64,000 nucleotides of DNA from Corallococcus sp. bb12-1 (GCF_026626765.1 NZ_JAPNJZ010000012.1:205012-269011), one strand, 5' to 3'. Shown: positions 19,336 to 31,400, counted from the stretch's first letter. The notes: generated from the letters alone by a model not told the origin. Program-made: numbers and translations.

Positions 19336-20267
19336 CGGGGCACTCGCACCCGTTCGAGCATCTGCCGGAGGACGTCGTCCGTGGTGACGCCCTCCACCTC
19401 CGCCTCCGCCTTGAGCAGCAGGCGGTGGTTGAGGACGCTGGAGGCCACGGCCTTCACGTCATCCGGCGTGACGAAGTCGGTGCCCTTGAGCGCCGCGTGC
19501 GCCTTGGACGCCGCGAGCAGGGCCTGCGCCGCGCGGGGGCTCGCGCCCAGTCGCACGCGCGGGTGGGCCCGGGTGTCGCGCACCAACTGCACGACATACT
19601 GGAGGATGGAGTCGTCGCACGCGACGCGGGCCGCGCGGTCCTGCAACTCCGTCAGCGTGGCCGCATCCAGCACGCGGGAGACACCGGGCGGCTTGCCCTC
19701 GCGCTGGTGGTAGGCGCGCAGCAGTGACGTCTCCGAGTCCGCGTCCGGATAGCCCACGCGCACGCGCATGAGGAAGCGATCGAGCTGGGCTTCGGGGAGG
19801 GGATAGGTGCCCTCCAGCTCCAGCGGGTTCTGCGTGGCGACGACGAAGAAGTGCGGCGGCAGCGGGTGGGTGACCCCGTCGATGGTGACCTGCCGCTCCT
19901 CCATGGCCTCCAGCAGCGCCGCCTGCGTCTTGGGCGGGGTGCGGTTGATCTCATCCGCGACCAGCACCTCCGTGAAGACGGGGCCCTTCATCAGGCGGAA
20001 GGACTGGGACTGGGGCTGGAAGATGTTGGTGCCCAGGATGTCCGCGGGCATCAGGTCCGGCGTGAACTGCACGCGGGAGAAGGACAGCCCCAGGGCGCCG
20101 GCCATGCTGCGCGCGGTGAGCGTCTTGGCGACGCCAGGGACACCCTCCAGCAGCACGTGGCCCCGGGCGAGGAAGGCCGTCACCAGGTCGGCCAGGACGC
20201 GGGGCTGGCCCACGACGGCCGAGCCCAGCGCATCGAGGAGGCGGGAGAGGGGCGTGGCGTCGGACAT
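19332..20267 (-). CDS. MoxR-family AAA+ ATPase
   Basis: [32 protein letters not shown] Walker A. AAA_3 pattern. 311 aa. Confidence 0.9.
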   Translation of the reverse strand: MSDATPLSRLLDALGSAVVGQPRVLADLVTAFLARGHVLLEGVPGVAKTLTARSMAGALGLSFSRVQFTPDLMPADILGTNIFQPQSQSFRLMKGPVFTEVLVADEINRTPPKTQAALLEAMEERQVTIDGVTHPLPPHFFVVATQNPLELEGTYPLPEAQLDRFLMRVRVGYPDADSETSLLRAYHQREGKPPGVSRVLDAATLTELQDRAARVACDDSILQYVVQLVRDTRAHPRVRLGASPRAAQALLAASKAHAALKGTDFVTPDDVKAVASSVLNHRLLLKAEAEVEGVTTDDVLRQMLERVRVPR

Positions 20268-20342
20268 GGTGGCCGGCGACGGTAGCCCGCCTCCCGGCCG
20301 GCACGGCAGCGAAATCCTCGCCGCCGGGACCCGGACTGGCGG

Positions 20343-21332
20343 CTACTCCTGCGGGCGACGCAGTCCCATCAGGCTTCCGAGCAGCGCCACCACCGCGCCG
20401 AGGATGCCCAGGAAACAGCCGATGCTCGGTGAGGAGATCATCATCTCCGAGTTGCCGAGCGGCGACGGCACCAGGTTGGTGTCCGAGGAGATCTTCAGGA
20501 AGATGAGCGACCAGACGAGGCAGACGACGCTGCTCGCGGTCTGCGCGCCCCACGGCAGCATGGGATTCACCCAGGCCATGACGTTGCGCACGCGGATGCC
20601 GACGAACACCATCGTCGAGACGGCGAAGAGGAACGAGATGAAGCCCAGGCTGATGAGGCCCAGGAAGTCTCCGTCCGCGGCCGTCTCCTTCCACGGCATG
20701 AAGCAGGAGAGCACCACCAGCGCCGCGCCCCAGAAGGCGATGCGATCCGCGCCCTCCAGCTCGAACAGGAAGTTGCGCGCGTCGGCCAGCAGGACCTCGG
20801 GGTCCTCGATGGGCGAACGGAAGCCGTCGCGGCTGCTGTCACGGGCCCAGGGCTCCGGCGCGCCACCGTCCGCGTCGGAATCCAGGTCGTCCTCGTCGCG
20901 GGCCACGGGGGCCGCCGCGCGGCGGGCGGCCGTGCTGCGCGAGGGGGCGGGCTTCGCGGCGGGCGTGCTCTTGGTGGGGGGACGCTGCGCGCGCTCCTTG
21001 GCGATGTCGTCCATGCTCCGCACGTTGGTGGAGTCATCGCTCGGCGGGGCCGCGGCCCGGGTGCTCGGCTTGGAACGGGTCGGTGCGGGACGTGCGCGCG
21101 GCACCGGCGCGGAGGGACGCGCCTTGGGCTGCGGCCCGACCCCGGTGCTCTCGTCACCCCCGGACTCTTCCTCGGAACCCGCGAGGAAGGACTTGTCGAT
21201 GATGTAGTCGCATTCGGGGCAGATCGCGGTGTCGTCCGCGACCTTGCTCTTGCAGCCTGGGCAGTTCAGGGCCGGTGCTCCGGGAGGGGGGAACGGCCCG
21301 GCATCTTCCCGGCCCTCGCGAGCGGCTGTCAA
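20343..21332 (-). CDS. Zinc-ribbon (CPxC…CPxC) N-terminal, Pro/Ala-rich linker, C-terminal multi-TM membrane protein
   Basis: LNCPGCKSKV…ICPECDYII. C-terminal hydrophobic helices. No family assignment. Confidence 0.5.
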   Translation of the reverse strand: MTAAREGREDAGPFPPPGAPALNCPGCKSKVADDTAICPECDYIIDKSFLAGSEEESGGDESTGVGPQPKARPSAPVPRARPAPTRSKPSTRAAAPPSDDSTNVRSMDDIAKERAQRPPTKSTPAAKPAPSRSTAARRAAAPVARDEDDLDSDADGGAPEPWARDSSRDGFRSPIEDPEVLLADARNFLFELEGADRIAFWGAALVVLSCFMPWKETAADGDFLGLISLGFISFLFAVSTMVFVGIRVRNVMAWVNPMLPWGAQTASSVVCLVWSLIFLKISSDTNLVPSPLGNSEMMISSPSIGCFLGILGAVVALLGSLMGLRRPQE

Positions 21333-21389
21333 ACCCGTTCAGCGCCATAACCCCTGGATTTTCGCGGGAAATTGACCTACCCCCTCCGG

Positions 21390-23602
21390 ACATGGCCCGT
21401 CTGCCCGCCGCCGTGTCCACTGGCCTCCTCCTGTTGACCGCGTGTGTGCGCGCGGTGCCACCGCCCGACGTGGGAGGGCGTCCAGACCCGGTCCTGGAGC
21501 GGATCGCGGACTGGGAGGATCGCCGCTCGCTGGGAGGAGGCGATCTCGTGCGGCTCGCCACGGCGGCCCCGGACCCGGTGGTTCGCGGCCGGGCCCTGCG
21601 TGCACTGGGACGCATCCAGGACGTGACGACGCTGGACGCGGTGCGGGCCGGGCTGACGGCCCCGGACGCGACGGTGCGTGACGAAGCGGCCTTCGCGGCG
21701 GGGGAGCTGGCGTTGTCGTGGGAGCCCCTGCCGGAAGATGTCCGGACGTCGCTGACCGAAGCGCTGACGAAGGCTGAGTCCACCGAGTCCGAGCCCACGG
21801 TGCGGACCACGCTGCTGGAGTCGCTGGGAAAACTGGCCACGCCCGGCGCGGTGGAGGTGCTGACGGCGCGCTTGTCTCCGCCCGACGGTGCGTGGGCCGG
21901 GTCCGCGGCGAAGGCCCTGGGCGTGGCGGCGCGCAAGGCCGGGGCGCCGCTGGTGGCACAGGTCCCCCTGGCGACGATGGTGGCGCTGACGGAGTCCGCG
22001 CGTCCCCAGGCCGTGCGCTACGGCGGGGCCTATCTGCTGGCGACGGCGAAGCGCCCGGAGGCGGTGCCCGCGCTGAGCGGTTGTGTGGGTGATGCGGATC
22101 CGGACGTGCGGGCCCTCTGTGCGAAGAGCCTGGGAGACGTGGGTGGAGTCGCGGATGTCCTGGTGCTGGCGCCATTGCTCTCGGATGCGGCGCCCCGCGT
22201 GGCGGCGGAGGCGGCACGGGCCCTGGCGAAGTGGGCGGTGAAGTGCCAGGCCGATGAGGGACCCCGGTGTCCTCCGCTGGGTGCACTGGCCCGGCTCGAG
22301 TCCCAGGTGAAGCAGGTGGGCATGGGGAACGCGGCATGGGGGCACCCGCTGCTGGCGGTGACACAGCAAGGACTGCCGACCAGCGGTCAGCCCCTGTGGA
22401 TCCGCCTGCGGCTCGCGCTGGCGGAGGCTGACCGGGTCGCCACGTCCGAGGAGATACACGCGGATCTCGCGTGGCTGGACTGCCGGGTCGCGGCGGCGAT
22501 GGACCGGCAGACCGGCGAACTGAAGCAGGTGCAAGGGTGCGGCTTTGGCCGCGTGTCCGAACCCCGGCGGCTGTCCCTGGGGCTGCACGAGGTGGCGAAG
22601 TTCACCCCGGTGCTGGCTACGTTATCGCCGCTGATCAACGGGGCCCCTGTGTCCGCTGCTTCGTCGCCGCCGAACAACGCTGCCCCTGTGTCGTCCGGTA
22701 CTTTGTCGCCGCCGAACAACAGCGCCCAGACGTCCGGAGCGGTCTTCGCGGTGCCGCTGTTGGGCCACGCCAGTCCCCTGGTGCGCGGTGCGGCGTTGGA
22801 TGCGCTGTCCGAGCGTCCGGTGCCGGAAGCGAAAGCGCCGGTGCGAGCCCTCATCGCGGGAGACGACGCGGTGGTCGCGGGGCTCGCCGCGTCCACGGCG
22901 GGCAAGCTGCACGACACCGAAGCGCTGCCCGCGGTGGAGGCCCTGGCGGCGCGGGTGCCCCGGGAGCCGGACCTCGCGGAGTCGGTGGCGGGCGCGCTCG
23001 TAGCGTTGCAGGGAAGGGCGGCCGAGCCCCGCCTGCGCGAGTGGCTCAACCATCCGCACGCGAACGTGCGCCGCGTCGCCGCCGAATCCCTCACGGCATT
23101 GACGGGCGCCCCGGTGCGCTCCGCCCGCGTGGAACTGCCTCCGGACACCTACCGGCCGCCACCCGCTCCGCCAGGCACGACGCTCACGCTGCGCACGCGC
23201 AAGGGGGACATCACCGTCCTCCTGGAGCGCGACGCGCCGCTCACGGGAGGCAACCTGGTGGCGCTCGCGAAGCAGGGCTACTTCCGGGGCATCACCTTCC
23301 ATCGCGTGGTGCCGGACTTCGTCGCGCAGGGCGGAGATCCGCGCGGAGACGGGGAGGGCGGCCCGGGACACTCCATCCGCTGTGAGATGACGCGCAGGCC
23401 GTACACGCGCGGTGTCGTGGGCATGGCGCTGTCGGGCAAGGACACCGGCGGCAGCCAGTTCTTCTTCACCCACGCGCCGCAGCCGCACCTGGACGGTCGC
23501 TACACGGTGTTCGGCGAGGTCGTCGCCGGCATGGACACCGTCGATGCGCTGCTGGAGGGCACGGTCATCGACGACGTCATCGTCGGCACCCGCGTCCCGT
23601 AG
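21390..23602 (+). CDS. Lipoprotein with HEAT/PBS-lyase-like repeats fused to a C-terminal cyclophilin-type peptidyl-prolyl isomerase
   Basis: Lipobox LLLTAC after MARLPAAVSTGL. Repeated …VRxxAxxALGxxG… HEAT-like units. C-terminus has FHRVVPDFVAQGGDP…GxxxxGVVGMA…GSQFFF, a cyclophilin signature. Start was moved to ATG 21390. Confidence 0.8.
22628..22740. repeat. Short in-frame tandem repeat inside the HEAT-cyclophilin gene (…cgccgccgaacaac… twice)
   Basis: Direct repeat of about 45 bp encoding (S/L)SPPNN(A/S)A(P/Q)(V/T)S. Confidence 0.5.
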
Positions 23603-23613
23603 CAGCCCGGACG

Positions 23614-24735
23614 TCAGGCCCCGCTGGCGCGCGCGGGCTCCGTCTCGCCCTGGGCGTTGAGCTTCCCGCTGTTCCAGCGGCGGTTCTCCGCATCCTCCAT
23701 CACCTCCACCTCGCGGCGGATGCGGGCCCACTCCGTCTCCGGCAGGTTGAGGAAGGCCTCCGCGAGCGCCGGATCGAACTGGGTGCCGGCGCAGCGGCGC
23801 ACCTCGTCGCGCGCCACGCTCATGGGGCGGCCCTTACGGTAGGGACGGTCGGAGGTGATGGCGTCCAGCGTATCCACGAGACAGAAGATGCGCGCGCCCA
23901 CGACGATGTCCTCGCCCTTGAGCCCCAACGGGTAGCCCTTGCCGTCCCAGCGCTCCTGGTGCTGCAGGACGATGAGCGCCGCCTCGTGCAGGTAGGGCAT
24001 CTTCGCCAGCATCCGGTAGCCGAACTCCGGGTGCTGCTTCATCTCCACCCACTCGTCCGGCGTCAGCGGGCCGGGCTTGAGCAGGATGGAGTCACGAACG
24101 CCAATCTTCCCGATGTCATGCAACAGCGCGCCCTGTTCCACCACGTCCAGCGCCGGTCCGGTGAGGCCGATCTCCTGCGCCAGCCGCCGCGCGTACAGCG
24201 ACACGCGCCGCGAATGCCACTGCGTCTCCGTGTCCCGGTAGTCCAGCGCGCTGATGAGTCCGTCCAGCAAGCCCGCGGTGCGCTCGATGACCCGGCGCTC
24301 CAGGTCCTGGTTGATCTCCAGCAGCTCCTCGTTCTTGTCCGCCACCTCGCGCGTCAGCCGCTCGTTGGCCTCCACCAGCCGGCGGTGCTCCACGGCCTGC
24401 CGCACGCTGCTCGTCAGCTCGCTCAACGCCCACGGCTTGCCCAGCAGGCGGAACACCTCGCCCCGGTTCACCGCCTCCGACGCCGTCTTGAAGTCCGCCG
24501 CCGCGGTCAACATCAGCCGCACCGCCCGTGGATTCTTCTCCCGGAGCGCCGACAGCAGCTCGATGCCGTTGAGGTACGGCATCATGAAGTCCGTCAGCAC
24601 CACGTCGAAGCCCTGCTCGCGCGCCGCCAGCACCGGATCGCTGTGCGTCACGACCTCGTAACCTTCCGCATGGAGGATTCGGGACAGCGCGGCGAGGATC
24701 AGCACGTCGTCGTCCACCACGAGGATTCGAGCCAT
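23614..24735 (-). CDS. Response regulator with HD-GYP domain (c-di-GMP phosphodiesterase class)
   Basis: Receiver (ILVVDDD…TDFMMP). HD-GYP (…LLHDIGKIGV…HQERWDGKGYP…). Confidence 0.9.
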   Translation of the reverse strand: MARILVVDDDVLILAALSRILHAEGYEVVTHSDPVLAAREQGFDVVLTDFMMPYLNGIELLSALREKNPRAVRLMLTAAADFKTASEAVNRGEVFRLLGKPWALSELTSSVRQAVEHRRLVEANERLTREVADKNEELLEINQDLERRVIERTAGLLDGLISALDYRDTETQWHSRRVSLYARRLAQEIGLTGPALDVVEQGALLHDIGKIGVRDSILLKPGPLTPDEWVEMKQHPEFGYRMLAKMPYLHEAALIVLQHQERWDGKGYPLGLKGEDIVVGARIFCLVDTLDAITSDRPYRKGRPMSVARDEVRRCAGTQFDPALAEAFLNLPETEWARIRREVEVMEDAENRRWNSGKLNAQGETEPARASGA

Positions 24736-24981
24736 GGGTCCGTACGCTCCGAGCGAGTGGACTGCGTTATTCTCAAAGTCTTATAGCGAGTTCGAAGGCA
24801 GGCAGACAGGCCCCCCCAAGCTTTCCAGTGTCGGTAAAGTGCCGGAATTCTTGAAGATTCCCTGAAACCCGTGGTCGCCGGACTCCACGTCACGCTTGCC
24901 TGCCTGCGGAAGCGTGTTCTATGGTGCATTCCTACCCGCCGTAAGTGCTTGTAACCCCTTGGAATTCGGGAGCAATTTCCG

Positions 24982-25983
24982 ATGGCTAAAGCCCCTGATG
25001 GGCCAGTGCCGGTCGTGGTGATGGGGCTGGGGTTCATCGGGCAGGAGATTGCCAAGGCGGCTCTTTCCTCCCAGGAAGTGGAACTCATCGGAGCGGTGGA
25101 TCCGCAGCCCACGCTGGTGGGACGCCCGCTGGGCGACGTGCTGGGGCAGGCAGGACCGCGCTTCAAGATCTCCGAATCGCTGGAGCGCGCGGTGGGACGC
25201 CGCAAGGGCGTGGTGGTGCTGCACGCCACCAGCTCGCGGCTCGCGCAGGTGATGGACCAGTTGATGGAGGCCTTGAAGCTGGGCCTCCCGGTGGCGAGCA
25301 CCTGCGAGGAGCTGGCGTTCCCGTACCTCAAGTACCCGGAGCTGGCGGAGAAGCTGGAGCGCGCGGCGCAGAAGGCGGGCGTCGCCATCGTGGGCACCGG
25401 CGTGAACCCGGGCTTCGTGTTGGATCGGCTGGTGGCCACGGCGGGGCAGGTGTGCGGCCCGGTGCGCAAGGCGACGGTGAGCCGGGTGGTGGACGCGCGC
25501 ACGCGGCGTGAAGCCCTCCAGCGCAAGGTGGGCGCCGGCCTGACGGAGGAGGAGTTCTTCGACCTGGTGGACCGCGAGGAGCTGGGCCACGTGGGCCTGG
25601 TTGAATCCGCGGCGCTGGCGGCGCTGGGCCTGGGCCTGGACTGCGACGACTTCGAGGAGGAGGTCGCGCCCGTGTTCGCCGAGGAGGACATCACCGGCGG
25701 CGCATTTGTGGTGAAGAAAGGCCGCGTCGCGGGCATGTTCCAGTCCGTGGTGGGTTTGGAGGAGGGTCAGGAGCGGGTGCGCCTGGAGCTGACCATCGCG
25801 GTGGGGGCGGAAGATCCAAGGGACCGCATCGAAATCGACGCGGACCCCAGACTGGTGCTGGAAATCCCGGGGGGAGTGGCGGGCGACCGGGCCACCGCGA
25901 ACGCGCTGGTGAATGCCGCGCCACGATTGACGGCCGCGGAAGCAGGGCTCCTGACGGTGCTCGAGCTTCCGGCAGGACGCTGA
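24982..25983 (+). CDS. NAD(P)-binding oxidoreductase of the DapB-N/amine-dehydrogenase-like family
   Basis: N-terminal Rossmann VVVMGLGFIGQEIAKA. Overall resemblance to the dihydrodipicolinate-reductase-like / 2,4-diaminopentanoate dehydrogenase family. Exact function not resolved. Confidence 0.55.
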   Translation: MAKAPDGPVPVVVMGLGFIGQEIAKAALSSQEVELIGAVDPQPTLVGRPLGDVLGQAGPRFKISESLERAVGRRKGVVVLHATSSRLAQVMDQLMEALKLGLPVASTCEELAFPYLKYPELAEKLERAAQKAGVAIVGTGVNPGFVLDRLVATAGQVCGPVRKATVSRVVDARTRREALQRKVGAGLTEEEFFDLVDREELGHVGLVESAALAALGLGLDCDDFEEEVAPVFAEEDITGGAFVVKKGRVAGMFQSVVGLEEGQERVRLELTIAVGAEDPRDRIEIDADPRLVLEIPGGVAGDRATANALVNAAPRLTAAEAGLLTVLELPAGR

Positions 25984-26003
25984 AGACTCATCAGGAGAGG
26001 GAA

Positions 26004-26453
26004 ATGCTGGACAAGAATGCGATTGGCCGCGCCTCGCCGCCGACGCTCAACGAGGTGGAGAAGGGCGCCATCCGGCGCTTCGCCGAGGCGATCGGCGACT
26101 ACAATCCCATCTACTACGACGAGGAGTACGCTCGAGCGTCGGGCTACCCCACCATCGTCGCGCCGCCCACGTTTCCCGCGTCGTTCCATTCCGCCGCGGA
26201 CCTGAGGGAGCTGCTGGGGGTGGGCATCAAGAGCCTGCTGCACGCGGAACAGGGGTTTGACTACGAGCGGCCCATCTTCGCGGGGGACCGCATCTACGTG
26301 TCCACCCGTGTCTCGGATGTCTTCGAGCGACCCAACATGTCCGGGAAGATGGACATCGCGGTCATCGAGGACGAAGGCCGTGACGAGGAGGGCAACCTCG
26401 TCTTCCGCGCCCGTCGCACGCTCGTCGTCCGGGCCGCCAAGGAGAACGTTTGA
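26004..26453 (+). CDS. MaoC-like (hotdog) dehydratase, N-terminal/HadA-like subunit
   Basis: FAS1-like dehydratase pattern (…FAEAIGDYNPIYYDEEYA…TIVAPPTF…). Translationally coupled to the next gene. Confidence 0.75.
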   Translation: MLDKNAIGRASPPTLNEVEKGAIRRFAEAIGDYNPIYYDEEYARASGYPTIVAPPTFPASFHSAADLRELLGVGIKSLLHAEQGFDYERPIFAGDRIYVSTRVSDVFERPNMSGKMDIAVIEDEGRDEEGNLVFRARRTLVVRAAKENV

Positions 26454-27148
26454 TGCCCGCGCGCAAGCTCTACTTCGAATCCATCCGCGTCGGTGACGAG
26501 CTTCCGGCGCTGGCCAAGGCCCCGGTGGATCGCGTGCAGTTGTCCCGGTACGCAGGCGCCTCTGGCGACTACAACCCCGTCCACGTGGACGAGCTGTACG
26601 CCAAGAGCGTGGGCATGCCGTCCGTCTATGCCCCGGGCATGCTCGTCATGGGCATGCTCGGCCAGCTCATCAGCGACTGGGCGCGCGGCGGCCAGCTGCG
26701 GCGCTACAACGTCCGCTTCATCAAGATGGTGTGGCCGGGCGACACCGTGGTCTGCAAGGGCAGGGTGAGCGACCGCCACGGCTCCGGTGGCCGGTACTTC
26801 GTCGAAATCGACCTCTGGGCGGAGAACCAGAAGGGCGAGCTCGTCATGAAGGGCGGCTCGCAGATCCAGCTCTTCTACTCCCTGGAGGACGAGAACCGGC
26901 AGCGCTCCGGCCAGTCCCCCATCGTGGTGGAAGTGCCTCGCGAGAGCCTGGTCGTCCAGGCCCCCCAGGCCGCGACCTCGGAGGCTGCCTCCTCTCCCAG
27001 TGTGCCCTCCGCCCCCGAGGAGGAGGCCGACGAGGACGAGGACTCAGACGAGCCCCGGACTGGCGCCTCGTCCAAGAAGACCGCCCCCCGGGAGAAGCCC
27101 GCCGCCAAGACGGCCTCCCTCCCGGCCGCGAAGAAGGCCAAGAAGTAG
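26450..27148 (+). CDS. MaoC-family dehydratase (HadB-like) with Lys/Ala/Pro-rich C-terminal tail
   Basis: …YAGASGDYNPVHVDELYAKSVGMPSVYAPGML… MaoC hotdog signature. Confidence 0.8.
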   Translation: MMPARKLYFESIRVGDELPALAKAPVDRVQLSRYAGASGDYNPVHVDELYAKSVGMPSVYAPGMLVMGMLGQLISDWARGGQLRRYNVRFIKMVWPGDTVVCKGRVSDRHGSGGRYFVEIDLWAENQKGELVMKGGSQIQLFYSLEDENRQRSGQSPIVVEVPRESLVVQAPQAATSEAASSPSVPSAPEEEADEDEDSDEPRTGASSKKTAPREKPAAKTASLPAAKKAKK

Positions 27149-27319
27149 GCGTTTACAGCGCAGGTCCCGCGTTCGAGAAGGGCGGCTTCGACCGCTGCTC
27201 AACGCGGGGTGTCATTCAGGGTTGACTCAAAAATCAGCCGACGCCACACTTCCTGTCGTTAGATGGGCCGTTGACCCCTTCCCGCCAAACGGGAGGGGGC
27301 AGCGAGCCCCCACGCAGGA

Positions 27320-29170
<1,851 letters not shown>

Positions 29171-29198
29171 TCCACACCGCGCCTCGCGCTGAAAAGTG

Positions 29199-29234
29199 AA
29201 AAGGCCCTCCGGCATCCGTGCCGGGGGGCCTTTG
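29199..29234. terminator. Bidirectional intrinsic terminator between convergent acyl-CoA dehydrogenase and exbD
   Basis: GC-rich hairpin aaaggccctccggca-tccg-tgccgggggg-cctttt flanked by T-runs on both strands. Confidence 0.5.
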
Positions 29235-29265
29235 TCTTTCGCTTGGGTGGAGCAGGAAGCGGAGG

Positions 29266-29721
29266 CTAGTTGCCTTCGCGCACGCCGATGGCGAGCTGCC
29301 CCAGGCCGGCTTGCTTCGCCAGCTCCATCACCTGCACCACGGTGCCGTGGGACACGCCTTCGTCCGCCTGCACGATGACCACGGTGTCGGGGTTGAGCTC
29401 CTTGGCCTTGTCGAAGGCCTGCTTCAATTCCGCCTCCGCGACGACGTTGCCCGCGAGCACGAAGCGGCCATCCGCCAGCACCGCCACGGAGATGTCCGTG
29501 GTGCGCGCGGTGACGTCCGCGGAGCCGCCCTTGGGCAGGTTCACCTTCAGGCCCGTCTTGGTTCCGCCGCCCGGGCCCTGCTGGGTGATGACGGTGCTGG
29601 TCACCATGAAGATGATGAGCAGCACCAGCATCACGTCCGTCAGCGGCGTGATGTTGATCTCCGCGAAACCCGGGCTGTCGCCTTCATCGTCGGAGGAGCC
29701 CGGCGTCTTTCCCATGGCCAT
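29266..29721 (-). CDS. exbD: ExbD/TolR-family biopolymer transport protein
   Basis: Single N-terminal TM (INITPLTDVMLVLLIIFMV) plus periplasmic ExbD fold. 151 aa. Confidence 0.85.
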   Translation of the reverse strand: MAMGKTPGSSDDEGDSPGFAEINITPLTDVMLVLLIIFMVTSTVITQQGPGGGTKTGLKVNLPKGGSADVTARTTDISVAVLADGRFVLAGNVVAEAELKQAFDKAKELNPDTVVIVQADEGVSHGTVVQVMELAKQAGLGQLAIGVREGN

Positions 29722-29739
29722 GGTGGACGTTCTCTCCTG

Positions 29740-30471
29740 TCAAGACGAGGCGGGCTGCGGATCCGGACGTGTGGCGGGTGGGGTGGACGGCTCGCGCGAG
29801 GGGGGCGGCTCCGGCAGCAGGGCTCCAGTCGCGCGCTCCTTGAGCAGCTCGGAGAACTCGTCGCCCAGGAGGCGCAGCTCCACCAGCACGCGGGAGAGCC
29901 GGGCCTGGAAGTAGTTGTAGAAGACCATCGCCTGCACGGCGACGAGGATGCCCACGGCGGTGGCGACGAGCGCTTCGGAGATGCCCGTCATCACGGCCGC
30001 GGAGCCGCCGGTGCCGCCGGCCTCCACGTCCACGCCCAGGTCCTTGAAGGAGCGCATGATGCCGGCCACGGTGCCGAAGAGGCCCACGAAGGGCGTCGTC
30101 GAACCGATGGTGGCGAGCAGCCACAGGTTGCGCCTGAGCTTGAGGCCCACCTGGGCGCGCTCGCGCTCCACGGCGGACTCGATGCCATTGCCGCCACTGG
30201 CGCGGCTTCGCTCCCAGCGGTCGAAGCCCGCGAGGAAGATGTCGGCGGCCACCGCGTCGGAGCGCTCGGCGGCGGTGCGGGCCGCGGCCACGTCCCCGCG
30301 GAGCAGGTGCTTGTTGACGATTTCGCCCAGGCTGCGGGACCGCTCGCTCACGCCCCAGAGGGCAATGAGCCTTTCGACGGCCACGCCCAGGGCCACCACG
30401 GAGGCGCCCAGGAGGAGGGCGAGGGTGACGCCGCCCAGGCGAAGGTAATGAAGTAGATCGTTCAGGCTCAT
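29740..30471 (-). CDS. exbB: MotA/TolQ/ExbB-family proton-channel protein
   Basis: Three TM pattern and conserved …TIGSTTPFVGLFGTVAGIM… segment. Confidence 0.85.
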   Translation of the reverse strand: MSLNDLLHYLRLGGVTLALLLGASVVALGVAVERLIALWGVSERSRSLGEIVNKHLLRGDVAAARTAAERSDAVAADIFLAGFDRWERSRASGGNGIESAVERERAQVGLKLRRNLWLLATIGSTTPFVGLFGTVAGIMRSFKDLGVDVEAGGTGGSAAVMTGISEALVATAVGILVAVQAMVFYNYFQARLSRVLVELRLLGDEFSELLKERATGALLPEPPPSREPSTPPATRPDPQPASS

Positions 30472-30513
30472 GGTTGATGACCGGGCAGGGAGCCCTGGCT
30501 CACACTAGGACAT

Positions 30514-31341
30514 ATGAACCGCGCAGCCGCCGCAATCTTCCTGGCCCTCCTCTGTTCGGCCTGCCCCAAACGCCTCGAGTTCGGTCCGGAGGGCCGCATC
30601 GAGGACGCCCAGACGCTCTACCAGCATGTGCAGGAGCGGCAGGGTCGGGTGGTGACCCTGGAGGGCGACTCCAAGCTGCGCGTGGATTCCCCCCAGGGCA
30701 GTGGAACGCTCTCCACCTTCCTCTCCATCACCCGGCCGGGCCTCATCCACCTGGAGACGTACGACTTCTTCAACCGCCCGGTCGCCTCGCTCGTGTCCGA
30801 CGGGACACGTTTCGGCGTCTACCAGGCGCAGGGCAACACCTACTACCAGGGCCCCTCCAGCCCTGAGAACGTGTCCCGCTTCCTGCCCATCGTCCTGCCG
30901 AGCGAGGAACTGGTGGCCGTCATGCTGGGCCAGGTCCCCCTCCTGCCCCCGGAGTCCATGACCCTGGCGCTGGATGAGAAGGCGCGCGTGTACGTGCTCA
31001 CGCTGGTGCGGGGCGCGGCCACACAGACACTCCGCGTGGATCCCCGGCACCTGCGGGTGGTGAAAAGCGAGGTCCGGGGCGTGCCGGGCTACGACCTAGC
31101 GTTCGAGGACTTCAAGCAGCGCGGCGAGCTGCTCTTCCCCGGCAAGGTCATCCTCACGGCGTCCCAGGCGGACACGAAGCTGGAGCTGCGCTACACGGAG
31201 ATCACCCTCAACGGCCGGCCGGACCTGACGCTCTACGAGCTGACGGCCCCGGAGGGCGCGAAGGTGGTGGACGTGGACGAGCGGGGCCGGGAGCTGGGTG
31301 GGGGCGCGGTGTCGCCACCGCCCCCAGCGCCGGGTTCCTGA
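30514..31341 (+). CDS. Lipoprotein, LolA-like / DUF4292-type fold (outer-membrane lipoprotein-carrier-like)
   Basis: Lipobox LALLCSAC. β-rich sequence with LolA-like pattern. First gene of the long plus-strand block. Confidence 0.55.
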   Translation: MNRAAAAIFLALLCSACPKRLEFGPEGRIEDAQTLYQHVQERQGRVVTLEGDSKLRVDSPQGSGTLSTFLSITRPGLIHLETYDFFNRPVASLVSDGTRFGVYQAQGNTYYQGPSSPENVSRFLPIVLPSEELVAVMLGQVPLLPPESMTLALDEKARVYVLTLVRGAATQTLRVDPRHLRVVKSEVRGVPGYDLAFEDFKQRGELLFPGKVILTASQADTKLELRYTEITLNGRPDLTLYELTAPEGAKVVDVDERGRELGGGAVSPPPPAPGS

Positions 31342-31400
31342 GCTTCCAGGCGTCGAAAGGCAGCGTACCAGCCCAAGTCGGGTACACTGACGCGCACGAC

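Noticed and set aside
17884-19713. 609-aa plus-strand ORF
   Set aside because: It is antisense to the DUF58 and MoxR genes, which have clear conserved motifs. Its composition is Arg/Gly/Ala-biased with no domain signal.
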